Numbered from the whole stretch's first letter, positions 40,780 through 52,470 are shown. The stretch is DNA of 63,840 nt, filler included, from Octopus bimaculoides (GCF_001194135.2; 6 parts of 5 records of this genome joined end to end with filler, not necessarily neighbours in it); one strand, 5' to 3'. Numbers and translations: made by a program. The notes: generated by a model from the sequence alone, not told the origin.

Positions 40780-40897
40780 GGCTTTGGTCGGCCCAAGGCT
40801 ATAGTAGAAGACACTTACCCAAGGTGCCACGCAGTGGGACTGAACCCGGAACCATGTGGTTAGTAAGCAAGCTACTTACCACACAGCCACTCCTGTA
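40780..40897 (-). mobile_element. SINE family C (5' half)
   Basis: 'ggtcggcccaaggctatagtagaagacacttacccaaggtgccacgcagtgggactgaacccggaaccatgtgg...cacacagccactcctg'. Confidence 0.9.
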
Positions 40898-41697
40898 AAC
40901 ATTTTCAGCATCACTTTAGCCATAAAGTCTTTAAACCTTTATAGAAAGCTTACCGGGTAGAACCGCATCTATTTGTTGGAACCCACACACACCTCCCGGC
41001 TCTAATTACTAATCTCGCAGTCAGCATCGCTGAAAGAATCTATAATTTATCCTCGGATGCAGATGTATTTGACAGAACAGCACCTCATTAAAATGAAATG
41101 TTTNNNNNNNNNNNNNNNNNNNNNNNNNNNNNNNNNNNNNNNNNNNNNNNNNNNNNNNNNNNNNNNNNNNNNNNNNNNNNNNNNNNNNNNNNNNNNNNNN
41201 NNNNNNNNNNNNNNNNNNNNNNNNNNNNNNNNNNNNNNNNNNNNNNNNNNNNNNNNNNNNNNNNNNNNNNNNNNNNNNNNNNNNNNNNNNNNNNNNNNNN
41301 NNNNNNNNNNNNNNNNNNNNNNNNNNNNNNNNNNNNNNNNNNNNNNNNNNNNNNNNNNNNNNNNNNNNNNNNNNNNNNNNNNNNNNNNNNNNNNNNNNNN
41401 NNNNNNNNNNNNNNNNNNNNNNNNNNNNNNNNNNNNNNNNNNNNNNNNNNNNNNNNNNNNNNNNNNNNNNNNNNNNNNNNNNNNNNNNNNNNNNNNNNNN
41501 NNNNNNNNNNNNNNNNNNNNNNNNNNNNNNNNNNNNNNNNNNNNNNNNNNNNNNNNNNNNNNNNNNNNNNNNNNNNNNNNNNNNNNNNNNNNNNNNNNNN
41601 NNNNNNNNNNNNNNNNNNNNNNNNNNNNNNNNNNNNNNNNNNNNNNNNNNNNNNNNNNNNNNNNNNNNNNNNNNNNNNNNNNNNNNNNNNNNNNNNN

Positions 41698-41910
41698 GTT
41701 TCTGTTGTGCCTGTAATTCAAAGGGTCAGCCTTGTCACACTGTGTCACGCTGAATATCCCCGAGAACTACGTTAAGGGTACACGTGTCTGTGGAGTGCTC
41801 AGCCACTTGCACGTTAATTTCACGAGCAGGCTGTTCCGTTGATCGGATTAACTGGAACCCTCGTCGTCGTAAGCGACAGAGTGCTAACCACTGGACCATT
41901 GCGCCTCCAC
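41698..41910 (+). mobile_element. SINE family D 3' half (41698-41885, +) abutting a 27-nt head of the same family on the minus strand (41884-41910)
   Basis: Body matches 49543-49732 closely; 'ctaaccactggaccattgcgcctccac' is the reverse complement of the family head at 49368-49394 (one mismatch). Confidence 0.88.
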
Positions 41911-42242
41911 GCAATATGCCTAGATAGCCTATCAGACTCCTTTCCGTACAGTTCATCACATCGAAAAGCTTAATGCTAGTCCTCGACTAGACAGAAACGC
42001 AGTGTAACTGGGAAAGAAAGTCCTGTGGCTCACACCTCGCCGTTCGGGCCACTAACTACAAACCACAAGATTGTTGGGATCAAGCTTGACCGAGGCACCA
42101 CCACCACCACAATAACAACACTATTAACAGCTGGATTTATAAATCTGAGCTCAAACCGCTTCATATCATGTTAATCCGAAAAGGTCTTAGTTCAACACCA
42201 GTGGTGGGACATGCCCTCTTCTAGGTACGCCAGCTCCCTCTG

Positions 42243-42355
42243 GTAGTTCAACTACATTTCATTGAAATGTTAGAGATTGATATCCTATTGTTTCCATAGC
42301 AACTGGCACGTGAGTCCTCTCAGCGTATCACACTGTCATTGGTTGCTATGGACAT
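42243..42355. promoter_or_regulatory. Candidate RFX module: two X-boxes, an E-box and a CCAAT box
   Basis: GTTTCCATAGCAAC (42290-42303), CACGTG (42307-42312), ATTGG (42338-42342) and GTTGCTATGGACAT (42342-42355) in non-repeat sequence. Motif match only. Confidence 0.45.
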
Positions 42356-42419
42356 ATTGACAGGCGCAGTCGATAATATTGACCTCCCCACTGACATCTA
42401 ACCCAATACCATCACACCA

Positions 42420-42438
42420 TCCACACTCTCTCTCTCTT

Positions 42439-42475
<37 letters not shown>

Positions 42476-43012
42476 ACCCCTCTCTATCCCTCATCGTTCT
42501 CGCTTTTCTCTTTCTCTCTCTCTTTCTCCCTCTCTTCTCCCTCTCTCTCTCTGTCTTTCTCCCTCTCTTCTCCCCCTCTCTCTCTACCCTCATCATTCTC
42601 TCTCCCTCTCTCGTATTTACTCTCTCTTTCTCCTTCGTATAATCTCACTCATATATTATCCCTCTTCATATATCTATCTACCTCTCTCTCTCTCTCTTTC
42701 TCTCTCCCTTGTATATTCTCAATCTGTCGTAGATAGTCTTTCTTTCACTTCATACACACACACCTTCTCTCTCTCCTTCTCTCTCTCTCTCTCTCTCTCT
42801 CTCCCTCTCCATATCTCTTACTTCACCTCTTTATCACTCCATCCACTTGGTTTCACTTACTCTCAGAGAATCTTTATGTGACACTCTCCCCTTCTCTCAA
42901 ACCTTTTACTTGCCTCCTCTCCCTTCTTTATCGCTGTTATCCCCTCCATTATCTCAATTATATTTTATCGCCTGTCTAATCATACCATCTATCTCTTTCT
43001 ATCCACATCTCC

Positions 43013-43054
<42 letters not shown>

Positions 43055-43100
43055 ATCCTATAATTCTCCCCCACCACCACCACCGTACTTTCTTCCTCTC
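42420..43100. repeat. Long (CT)n-rich polypyrimidine tract
   Basis: Read directly. Confidence 0.9.
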
Positions 43101-43639
43101 TTTCTCCATAGAACTCCACTCAAATTACGCGACAATCAATAAACTCACCAAAATAGCTCGACGTCACACAAACCGCCATGCCCCCTTCCGGCAAATCAAT
43201 GAACTAACTCACTCCACCAAAGTCTTCCATTATCCACTGTTTGTTAACATTCTCTCCGAACGTCTCGCCGGATCAGCGGACAGCTCTGGAAGATTCGTTC
43301 CTCCAGGTTTATTTCCTCTANNNNNNNNNNNNNNNNNNNNNNNNNNNNNNNNNNNNNNNNNNNNNNNNNNNNNNNNNNNNNNNNNNNNNNNNNNNNNNNN
43401 NNNNNNNNNNNNNNNNNNNNNNNNNNNNNNNNNNNNNNNNNNNNNNNNNNNNNNNNNNNNNNNNNNNNNNNNNNNNNNNNNNNNNNNNNNNNNNNNNNNN
43501 NNNNNNNNNNNNNNNNNNNNNNNNNNNNNNNNNNNNNNNNNNNNNNNNNNNNNNNNNNNNNNNNNNNNNNNNNNNNNNNNTCAGCATACGAACATAAAGT
43601 CACAGATTCAATTCCTGGATCGGCCGTGCAAAATATTTT

Positions 43640-43985
43640 CGAATAAGGCACTTCATTTTAACAATATAGGCAACGGAAACCAAATGTGTTTCTGTACGAC
43701 TCTGCACCAATACACATGGCTCTAGTAACACAGGAATGGATGGCCGAAAATTTTCATGATCACATAACCTCTAATATTTGGTCTCGTAATTCCCCAAATC
43801 TCAATCCACTGGACTATTACATGTGGAGCGTTGTTGAGAGAGAGGTCAATGAACGACTCCATACCACCAAAGATTCTTTGAAAGCTGCCATAGTCTAGTC
43901 AGAGTAATGTCCAAAATGAACCAGGACAACTTGATTCGAGAATGTAAATGATTTAGATCGCATATAGAAGCAGTTGTCTGCATAT
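43640..43985 (+). mobile_element. maT/Tc1-mariner-like transposase C-terminal fragment
   Basis: FLYDSAPIHMALVTQEWMAENFHDHITSNIWSRNSPNLNPLDYYMWSVVEREVN (for QDSAP..H and WPPNSPDLNPLDYYVW). Confidence 0.85.
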
Positions 43986-46900
43986 GTGTGTGTATATGTG
44001 TGCGTATGTGTGTGTATCTGTGTCTGTGCGTGTGTTTGTATGTATGTATGTATGCATGTATGTATGTATGTATGTATGTATGTATATATGTATGTATGTT
44101 CCGACAGAACAGCCATGTGTGTGTGTGTGTATGTGTGTGTGCGTGTGTGTATGTGTGTGTGTGCGTGTGTGTATGTGTGCGTGCGTGTGTGTGCATGCAT
44201 GTGTGTTTTCAGTTAAACGACAAATGTACTCAATACAGAGACGCAAAATGGAATATGATTTAGTAAAACCTAAGCGTAAGTTTGTCGTTCATCAGTTTAA
44301 CATGACCGCTTTATCAAACTACTGGCGAGACATCCGTTTCGATTTGATTTTATACATGGCGATCTTTACCCGAAAGGTTGGGCTACAACGAAACTACGCC
44401 CACTTGCGCAGATAACTCTGCCGATTTACGATCAGGGTGTATATAAGTATGAATGTAAATATGACTGCGTGTATGAATAAATAAGAACCTGATGAGATAA
44501 ATAAATCATGATAATAATCAAAATTATAATTATAAAACGTATAGAAAACTATATATATATATATATATNNNNNNNNNNNNNNNNNNNNNNNNNNNNNNNN
44601 NNNNNNNNNNNNNNNNNNNNNNNNNNNNNNNNNNNNNNNNNNNNNNNNNNNNNNNNNNNNNNNNNNNNNNNNNNNNNNNNNNNNNNNNNNNNNNNNNNNN
44701 NNNNNNNNNNNNNNNNNNNNNNNNNNNNNNNNNNNNNNNNNNNNNNNNNNNNNNNNNNNNNNNNNNNNNNNNNNNNNNNNNNNNNNNNNNNNNNNNNNNN
44801 NNNNNNNNNNNNNNNNNNNNNNNNNNNNNNNNNNNNNNNNNNNNNNNNNNNNNNNNNNNNNNNNNNNNNNNNNNNNNNNNNNNNNNNNNNNNNNNNNNNN
44901 NNNNNNNNNNNNNNNNNNNNNNNNNNNNNNNNNNNNNNNNNNNTATATATATATATATGGATCTGTATATGTATATGTGGGTGAGTGTATGTATGTATGT
45001 ATGTATGTATGCATGTATGTATGTATACATTATATATATATATATATATGTGTGTGCTTGTGTGTATGTGTGTATATAATTCTCTGCTTTTGTCTATCCT
45101 TATTCATCGCCATTTTCCATTATCTCTGTATATCCTCGTCTTTACATCTTTGTCTCTCATCTCTCCTACACACACACACGCTCTCCCTCCCTTCTCTCTC
45201 TTTCTTTCTTTTTCTCTCTTCTTCTTCTCCTTTCTCTCTCCTTCTTCTCCTTTCTCTCTCCTTCTCTTTCTCTCTTTCAGTCTCTTTCTGCTTATATTTA
45301 TATGATTGTCTTTCTATCTACTTATCTCCTTTTTCCTTGTTCTTTGCATTAATAAATATAAAAGTATACATGTGTGTGTGTATGTGTGTGTGTGTTAGTA
45401 TTTTTCCCTCTCTCTCTCTCTCTCTCTAACACTTTCGCACTCGATCTTTTCCTCTTGCTCTTCCTTTCTACTTCTATTTCACACATACGTACGCACACAC
45501 ACATACACTCACAAGCACACATACATACAGCTTTTCCTCACTCCCTCTACGTCACTCTCATCCTCCCCCTCTTTCAGTAAATGCAGAAGGAAATTTCTAT
45601 CTATATTTTCGTTTTCTTTTTTTTTCCAATTCGCCCATTTTATTTGTAAATTGGTGAGGATTTAAAGCAAATAACTTTATTCCTTTTAATTAGATTTCTG
45701 TCAGCTTTTTTTGTATTCGTTTTACCTCCGACCATTTGCCAATTTCCCGCCATTACTGATGTGTGTCGTCTGCTTTCTTCCAAACAAGTTAACCAGCTTT
45801 ATGCAAACTCTTTTCTCTCTTACTCTGCTCTTCCAATATCGATATTTCTATCTCTACTTTCCACTTTCTATTCGCTTCAACGAACAAATTTATTTGATAT
45901 CATAGATTAACAATCAGCTGAATAGAATAATACCAATGTATAACTTTTGTGGACCTCCTTTTAGAAAATGATCTTAGAAGCCATTATTGTGATCGTGCTT
46001 CTATTTTTTTTTTAAATCATTTTTTTTCTTTTATTGAACCAAATTGCTACTTAAGCTTCAATAAGCGTCACTCCATTTGCCCTGGAGGCTGTATGAATAA
46101 TATCTATTTCGAGAGCCTAATAGGATTGGCAAGGACAAAACATGGATGAATATCATTGAAATCTTTAATAAAATTNNNNNNNNNNNNNNNNNNNNNNNNN
46201 NNNNNNNNNNNNNNNNNNNNNNNNNNNNNNNNNNNNNNNNNNNNNNNNNNNNNNNNNNNNNNNNNNNNNNNNNNNNNNNNNNNNNNNNNNNNNNNNNNNN
46301 NNNNNNNNNNNNNNNNNNNNNNNNNNNNNNNNNNNNNNNNNNNNNNNNNNNNNNNNNNNNNNNNNNNNNNNNNNNNNNNNNNNNNNNNNNNNNNNNNNNN
46401 NNNNNNNNNNNNNNNNNNNNNNNNNNNNNNNNNNNNNNNNNNNNNNNNNNNNNNNNNNNNNNNNNNNNNNNNNNNNNNNNNNNNNNNNNNNNNNNNNNNN
46501 NNNNNNNNNNNNNNNNNNNNNNNNNNNNNNNNNNNNNNNNNNNNNNNNNNNNNNNNNNNNNNNNNNNNNNNNNNNNNNNNNNNNNNNNNNNNNNNNNNNN
46601 NNNNNNNNNNNNNNNNNNNNNNNNNNNNNNNNNNNNNNNNNNNNNNNNNNNNNNNNNNNNNNNNNNNNNNNNNNNNNNNNNNNNNNNNNNNNNNNNNNNN
46701 NNNNNNNNNNNNNNNNNNNNNNNNNNNNNNNNNNNNNNNNNNNNNNNNNNNNNNNNNNNNNNNNNNNNNNNNNNNNNNNNNNNNNNNNNNNNNNNNNNNN
46801 NNNNNNNNNNNNNNNNNNNNNNNNNNNNNNNNNNNNNNNNNNNNNNNNNNNNNNNNNNNNNNNNNNNNNNNNNNNNNNNNNNNNNNNNNNNNNNNNNNNN

Positions 46901-47105
46901 NNNNNNNNNNNNNNNNNNNNNNNNNNNNNNNNNNNNNNNNNNNNNNNNNNNNNNCTGCACCGTACACCACCATACCACATAACACCGCATCACATCACAT
47001 CACACCACCACGCATACACTAGCACTGACCGCCTCCCAGCCCTAAATCCACACACCTACAACACACGCACACGTCAAGGTCGCCAGCCCTCTTCCACACG
47101 CACAT

Positions 47106-47220
47106 GCGTGGAACCTTGGGCGACTGTCTTCTACTATAGCCTCGGGCCGACCAAAGCCTTGTGAATGGATCTGGTAGCTGGAAACTGAAAGAAGTCCGCC
47201 GTTTATGTGTGTGTGTGTGT
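47106..47220 (+). mobile_element. SINE family C (5'-truncated)
   Basis: 'ccttgggcgactgtcttctactatagcctcgggccgaccaaagccttgtgaatggatctggtagctggaaactgaaagaag'. Confidence 0.88.
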
Positions 47221-47260
47221 TGAATAAAATAATCCTAGTGCATTTATAAGTAGAAAGGTG

Positions 47261-47314
47261 GTTTTACAACTGTTTCAGGGAAATAAATGATATCCCATCA
47301 TCAGAGACGAGTTG
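47261..47314 (-). ncRNA. Degenerate minimal hammerhead motif, paralog of 61698-61763
   Basis: Minus strand: CAACUCGUCU-CUGAUGA-U-GGGAUAU-CAUUU-AUUUCCC-U-GAA-ACAGUUGU-A^AAAC, with one mismatch each in stems I, II and III. Confidence 0.65.
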
Positions 47315-47319
47315 AGTTA

Positions 47320-48060
47320 AAAGGGCTTCTATAGAAGGAATTAGTAAAGTTCATTTTCAAGAAGTTATTCCGGTGAGGGAGAGATATAAAAGAAATTAGA
47401 CACAATGGAGAAAGTATAAAAGGAAAATATTAAAACAATACATGTTGGATGCTAAAGTTGTTTCGTTATCCAAGAAATGTGTTGTGTAGAACGGGTAAAG
47501 AGGCTTCTTGTCCATCATGTGTAAAGTCCGATAAGAATTCATATGTTGTTATTTCAAATGGATAGTGTGCAGATATTAATTCCGTGTGTTGTTCATTCAA
47601 AAGGATTTTATAATATAAATGAATTTTGAGAATTATACTGGTAAGGGGGGAGGAGATATAGAGAGGAATCAATAGATATGGACATTAGAAGGAAGGAAAA
47701 AGAGAGTGGTGTTGGTCACAGGAATAAGGGGAGTGGTATTCTTAAAGGTTAGAGTAGAGTGGGGAGGAAAAAAAATAGAGCAAAAGAAATGAGTGCTGGA
47801 CAAGATATTATAAGGGAGTGAGGAAAGGAGAGCTATCGATAGATAAAAGGAATAGGGTGAGGGTTAGAAAGAAAAGGCAAGACGGTAAGAAAGGAGTATG
47901 TGTAAGAAGTTGAAGATGGGGATAGGTTTGAAAAGGCACTAAGGTGGAGAGATAAATAAAGAATGTGGTACAGAAGGGAGGGGAGTACTAAATGTGAGTG
48001 GGAAGGGGAGTGGGGTGAAATAATAAGGAAGAGTGCTAGGAATTAAGGGGTGAATGTGGG
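47320..48060 (-). pseudogene. Probable highly decayed PLE 3' region (linker and GIY-YIG) upstream of the 47261 hammerhead
   Basis: Weak peptide similarity (IPLYISSPLTSIILK; SNMYCF..LLY), a pyrimidine-rich minus strand and a same-strand hammerhead directly downstream. Weak evidence. Confidence 0.35.
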
Positions 48061-48079
48061 GGTATAATTCTTTTATTCG

Positions 48080-48404
48080 TTACAGTCATTTGAGTGCGGC
48101 TATGCTGGAGCACCGCCTTTAGTCGAACACATCAAACCTCCAGGACTTATTCTTTGTAAGCCTAGTACTTATTCTATCGGTTCTCTTTTGCCGAACCGCT
48201 ATTTTACGGGGACGTAAACACACCAGCATCGGTTGTCAAATGATGATGGAGGGGACAAACACAGACACACAAACATACACACCCGCGCACACACACACAC
48301 AAACACAAACACAAACACACGCACACACATATACATATATACGACGGGCTTCTTTCAGTTTCCGTCTACCAAATCCACTCACAAGGCTTTGGTCGGCCCG
48401 AGGC
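48080..48404 (-). mobile_element. Compound SINE family C: core, internal (CA)n and B tail
   Basis: Contiguous B segment (48080-48250), microsatellite linker (48250-48340) and 'acgacgggcttctttcagtttccgtctaccaaatccactcacaaggctttggtcggcccgaggc'. Confidence 0.9.
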
Positions 48405-49365
48405 NNNNNNNNNNNNNNNNNNNNNNNNNNNNNNNNNNNNNNNNNNNNNNNNNNNNNNNNNNNNNNNNNNNNNNNNNNNNNNNNNNNNNNNNNNNNNNNN
48501 NNNNNNNNNNNNNNNNNNNNNNNNNNNNNNNNNNNNNNNNNNNNNNNNNNNNNNNNNNNNNNNNNNNNNNNNNNNNNNNNNNNNNNNNNNNNNNNNNNNN
48601 NNNNNNNNNNNNNNNNNNNNNNNNNNNNNNNNNNNNNNNNNNNNNNNNNNNNNNNNNNNNNNNNNNNNNNNNNNNNNNNNNNNNNNNNNNNNNNNNNNNN
48701 NNNNNNNNNNNNNNNNNNNNNNNNNNNNNNNNGTCCCCTGTATTTTGAACTTGGTGACTGCTCACTTCCCTTTCCATTCGAGGGTAGAAGGCGGAGGACT
48801 CTGGTGTCTCTCGCAACTCACCATCAAAGCCACCTCTTAATTTCTCTTCCATGTCTTTTAGCAAGGCTGGCATCGCCATGTCTTTTTATAAAAGTATTTT
48901 CTCGAAATTGTGCCCTTAAAGGAGCACAAACAAATAAAAATTTTAAAAACCTATGCGATGGCGATGGTTCTAACAAGTGTTTTGTAACAAAATAGACAGT
49001 CAACAACTTTTGGAGATACAAACTAAAAGGTTAAACTTACGAGCAAGAAGACACGTATGTTTCCAGGACGAATAATAATTGTTAAGAGGGAGTCACGATG
49101 TCGGGATTTTGTTACCCGACGAGAATCCTCACGGTACAGATAACACTTTTCCGATATTCAGATGGCTTCCAGTTCTCCATGTCAGCTAACCTCTTCTCAA
49201 CTATTACAGCTTTAATATTTATGCTCTGCAATGCTGTCGACTGTTCGCTAATACGTCAAGCTGTTCTTAAAAAGAAGGAGACGTGCAAAAAGCAAATGTC
49301 TTCAAATTTAGCTCTAACAACCCGGATGTATGAGTATTCGTTACTTGTGGTGTAAGTTGTTGGAA

Positions 49366-49746
49366 TAGTGGAGGCGCAATGGCCCAGTGGTTAGGGCAGC
49401 GGACTCGCGGTTTCGATTCCCAGACCGGGCGTTGTGAGTGTTTATTGAACGAAAACAACTAAAGCTCCACGAGGCTCCGGCAGGGGATGGTGGCGAGCCC
49501 TGCTGTACTCTTCCACCCAAACTTTCTCTCACTCTTACTTCCTGTTTCTGTTGTGCCTGTAATTCGAAGGGCCAGCCTTGTCACACTGTGTTACGCTGAA
49601 TATCCCCAAGAACTACGTTAAGGGTACACATGTCTGTGGAGTGCTCAGCCACTTGCACGTTAATTTCACGAGCAGGCTGTTCCGTTGATCGTATCAACTG
49701 GAACCCTCGACGTCGTAAGCGACGGAGTGCCAACAACAACAACAAC
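49366..49746 (+). mobile_element. SINE family D, near full length, with a 12-bp TSD
   Basis: A box TGGCCCAGTGG, B box GGTTTCGATTCCC and a (CAA)n tail; TSD AAGTTGTTGGAA at 49354-49365 and 49747-49758. Confidence 0.93.
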
Positions 49747-50079
49747 AAGTTGTTGGAAATTTATGTTGAGAGGTTATTTCTGTGGTTTATGAACCCCAAA
49801 AAAGTCTTCATCTTTTAACAACGAATAGAATAATTTACCAAAATTCGTCGTGCCAAAAGTAGCAGCTAGGTCTCCCTCAGATTCAGCACCTATCTACTTC
49901 CTCCGGTCTGCAGATGAATATAAAGTGTAAATCCTTTCACTAGGGCCCATGCTCGCTAATCTCACTCACCATTTAGCGAATTCACTCCATGGCAGTTACC
50001 AGACCCTCTACTCTCAGATCTGTTCTCTGTTTGTTTTATTAGTAAATATATTAGGGTTTATTGAGATGACTAAACAGGC

Positions 50080-50200
50080 CTAGCTGTGAAGTAAGAGACT
50101 TTTATCCCAAGCACACGGTTCCCAGTTCAGTCCCATTGTTGTAGCCTCGGGCTGACCAAAGCATCGTGAGTGGTAGATTTGGTAGATGGAAACACCGCCT
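50080..50200 (+). mobile_element. Degraded SINE family C
   Basis: 'ggttcccagttcagtcccattg...tagcctcgggctgaccaaagcatcgtgagtgg...atttggtagatggaaac'. Confidence 0.75.
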
Positions 50201-50229
50201 TGTGTGTGCGAGTGTGCGTTCTCAAAAAT

Positions 50230-50535
50230 TAAGTAGAAAAACCGGAGAAATAATCCAGAATCCGGAGAAAGACTTGAGAGTCAACGTAAGATCGTAATAC
50301 TTCATGTAACGTAAAGTAAATATAACAAATAATCCAGAAACCTTGTCCGGTATCAATCTCAAAATCTAATCAGTTCGTGCCAGTCACGAGGCCATCCTTG
50401 AAAGCTTCATCCCTGAAAGCTTCATCCCTGAAAGCTTCATCCAAATCCATCCGGCGGTTCTTGAGATGTCTTGCCCACGGACAAACAACCACGACTGAAA
50501 ACAATGCCTCCGTCTTCGCTAAGTCAGAGGTAGTA
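50230..50535 (-). mobile_element. Non-autonomous DINE-1/HINE-like (Helentron-associated) element
   Basis: Terminal hairpin-like 'tgcctccgtcttcgctaagtcagaggta' (about 50505-50532), short 'acaaacaa' remnant and a core with 'ttcatccaaatccatccggcggttcttgagat'. Classification rests on architecture only. Confidence 0.55.
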
Positions 50536-50554
50536 AATAAAAAATAGCGAAAAG

Positions 50555-50789
50555 GTCAAAGTCTCTCTTGGTGTATAGCCTCATGAGTTCGATGAACCTG
50601 ATTCTGTGGCGTATATAGTGCCATTCCCCTCTGGACGGGATGCCAGTCCGTCGCAAGATAACTCATTTTTTTTTTCTTTTTCGACTGCTGAGTGGAATGA
50701 AACCACGGAAAATGAAGTGTTTCCTGAAGAATACAACGCATTGCTCGGTTCAAGAATGGAAACCACAATCTTACGATCATGAGTCCAAC
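50555..50789 (-). mobile_element. tRNA-derived SINE family E (head runs into a gap)
   Basis: Minus strand: 'ggactcatgatcgtaagattgtggtttccattc...gcgttgtattcttcaggaaacacttcattt...gcgacggactggcatcccgtccagagggg'. Central part resembles CORE-type SINEs (from recall). Confidence 0.65.
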
Positions 50790-51029
50790 ANNNNNNNNNN
50801 NNNNNNNNNNNNNNNNNNNNNNNNNNNNNNNNNNNNNNNNNNNNNNNNNNNNNNNNNNNNNNNNNNNNNNNNNNNNNNNNNNNNNNNNNNNNNNNNNNNN
50901 NNNNNNNNNNNNNNNNNNNNNNNNNNNNNNNNNNNNNNNNNNNNNNNNNNNNNNNNNNNNNNNNNNNNNNNNNNNNNNNNNNNNNNNNNNNNNNNNNNNN
51001 NNNNNNNNNNNNNNNNNNNNNNNNNNNNN

Positions 51030-51057
<28 letters not shown>

Positions 51058-51061
<4 letters not shown>

Positions 51062-51217
51062 GAGTGGCTTCTTTCAGTTTCCATCTACCAAATCCAGTAA
51101 CAAGGGTTTGATCGGCCCGAGGGTTTAGTAGAAGACGCCGAAAGTTCCACGTAGTAGAACTGAACTCGAGACCACGTGGTTGGCAAGCAAACTTCTTACC
51201 ACGCAGCCACACCTGTC
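51058..51217 (-). mobile_element. SINE family C (5' half)
   Basis: 'ggcttctttcagtttccatctaccaaatcc...ggcccgaggg...agtagaagac...actgaactcgagaccacgtgg...accacgcagccacacctg'. Confidence 0.85.
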
Positions 51218-51722
51218 AAATATTGTTCATTTACAGTTACAGTATCTAACGTTTGCTCCCTTAAAGCAGAACAGGAATTGAAGGTGGTTTGAGCTGCTAT
51301 GTCTAGCATGTCGTTGGCCAGAATAGTTTGCAAAAAATCGCGTTGAATATTAATATTTCTTAATGGGGTCTCCATTTTGCAAATCTTAGAGGAAGATTTA
51401 ACAAAATGGCTACAATTAAAAGCAATGTTTATGCATATCTTACCTTCAGTATTGTTACAACAATAACGGATTACGTGCATAAAAGTATCTCTGTGGATGT
51501 GTATATAGCTATGTGTGTTGACGTGTGTGTGTGCGTGTGTGTGTGTGTGTGCGTGGGTCTGGATGTGTTAATGTCTTTCTCTGTGTGGGAGTTTGAGCGT
51601 AAGTGTACTTACGTATGTGAGTTTGTTGATGCGTGAGCATGTGTAGATTTGCGTATATGTATATGTATATGTGTATATGTGTATGTGGATATATTTGCGT
51701 GTATGTGTAAGTATGTATTAAA

Positions 51723-51753
<31 letters not shown>

Positions 51754-52329
51754 TGTACGTTTGTGTGAACGAATGGATTTGTGTGTGTATGTAATGCGTG
51801 TATGTATACATGTACGTATGCGTGTGTATGTATATGTTTATGCATGTGTGTATGTGTGTNNNNNNNNNNNNNNNNNNNNNNNNNNNNNNNNNNNNNNNNN
51901 NNNNNNNNNNNNNNNNNNNNNNNNNNNNNNNNNNNNNNNNNNNNNNNNNNNNNNNNNNNNNNNNNNNNNNNNNNNNNNNNNNNNNNNNNNNNNNNNNNNN
52001 NNNNNNNNNNNNNNNNNNNNNNNNNNNNNNNNNNNNNNNNNNNNNNNNNNNNNNNNNNNNNNNNNNNNNNNNNNNNNNNNNNNNNNNNNNNNNNNNNNNN
52101 NNNNNNNNNNNNNNNNNNNNNNNNNNNNNNNNNNNNNNNNNNNNNNNNNNNNNNNNNNNNNNNNNNNNNNNNNNNNNNNGTTCCTTTCCTCTCTCTCCAG
52201 CCTACTGAGACGCCAGTTTGCAATACATTCCGGGGAAAAACTGAAACCATACTTCGGTGGAGAACAGACACAGATCTGAAACAAACATTAGCTGCGAGGG
52301 AAGTGTTTTTGTTATTCTGTTTTCAACTA

Positions 52330-52349
52330 TTGCTGCTGCTGCTGTTGTA

Positions 52350-52386
<37 letters not shown>

Positions 52387-52470
52387 TCGTTGTTTTTGTT
52401 GCTGTAGCTGTTCTTGATGTCACTCCTTTTCGAATGAATCGTTATTATTGCTGTTGTTTCTGCTGCTATT

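Noticed and set aside
48733-49350. Short minus-strand ORFs (MAMPALLKDMEEKLRGG...; KAVIVEKRLADMENW...)
   Set aside because: No recognisable family; may be LINE debris, but unsupported without a database search.
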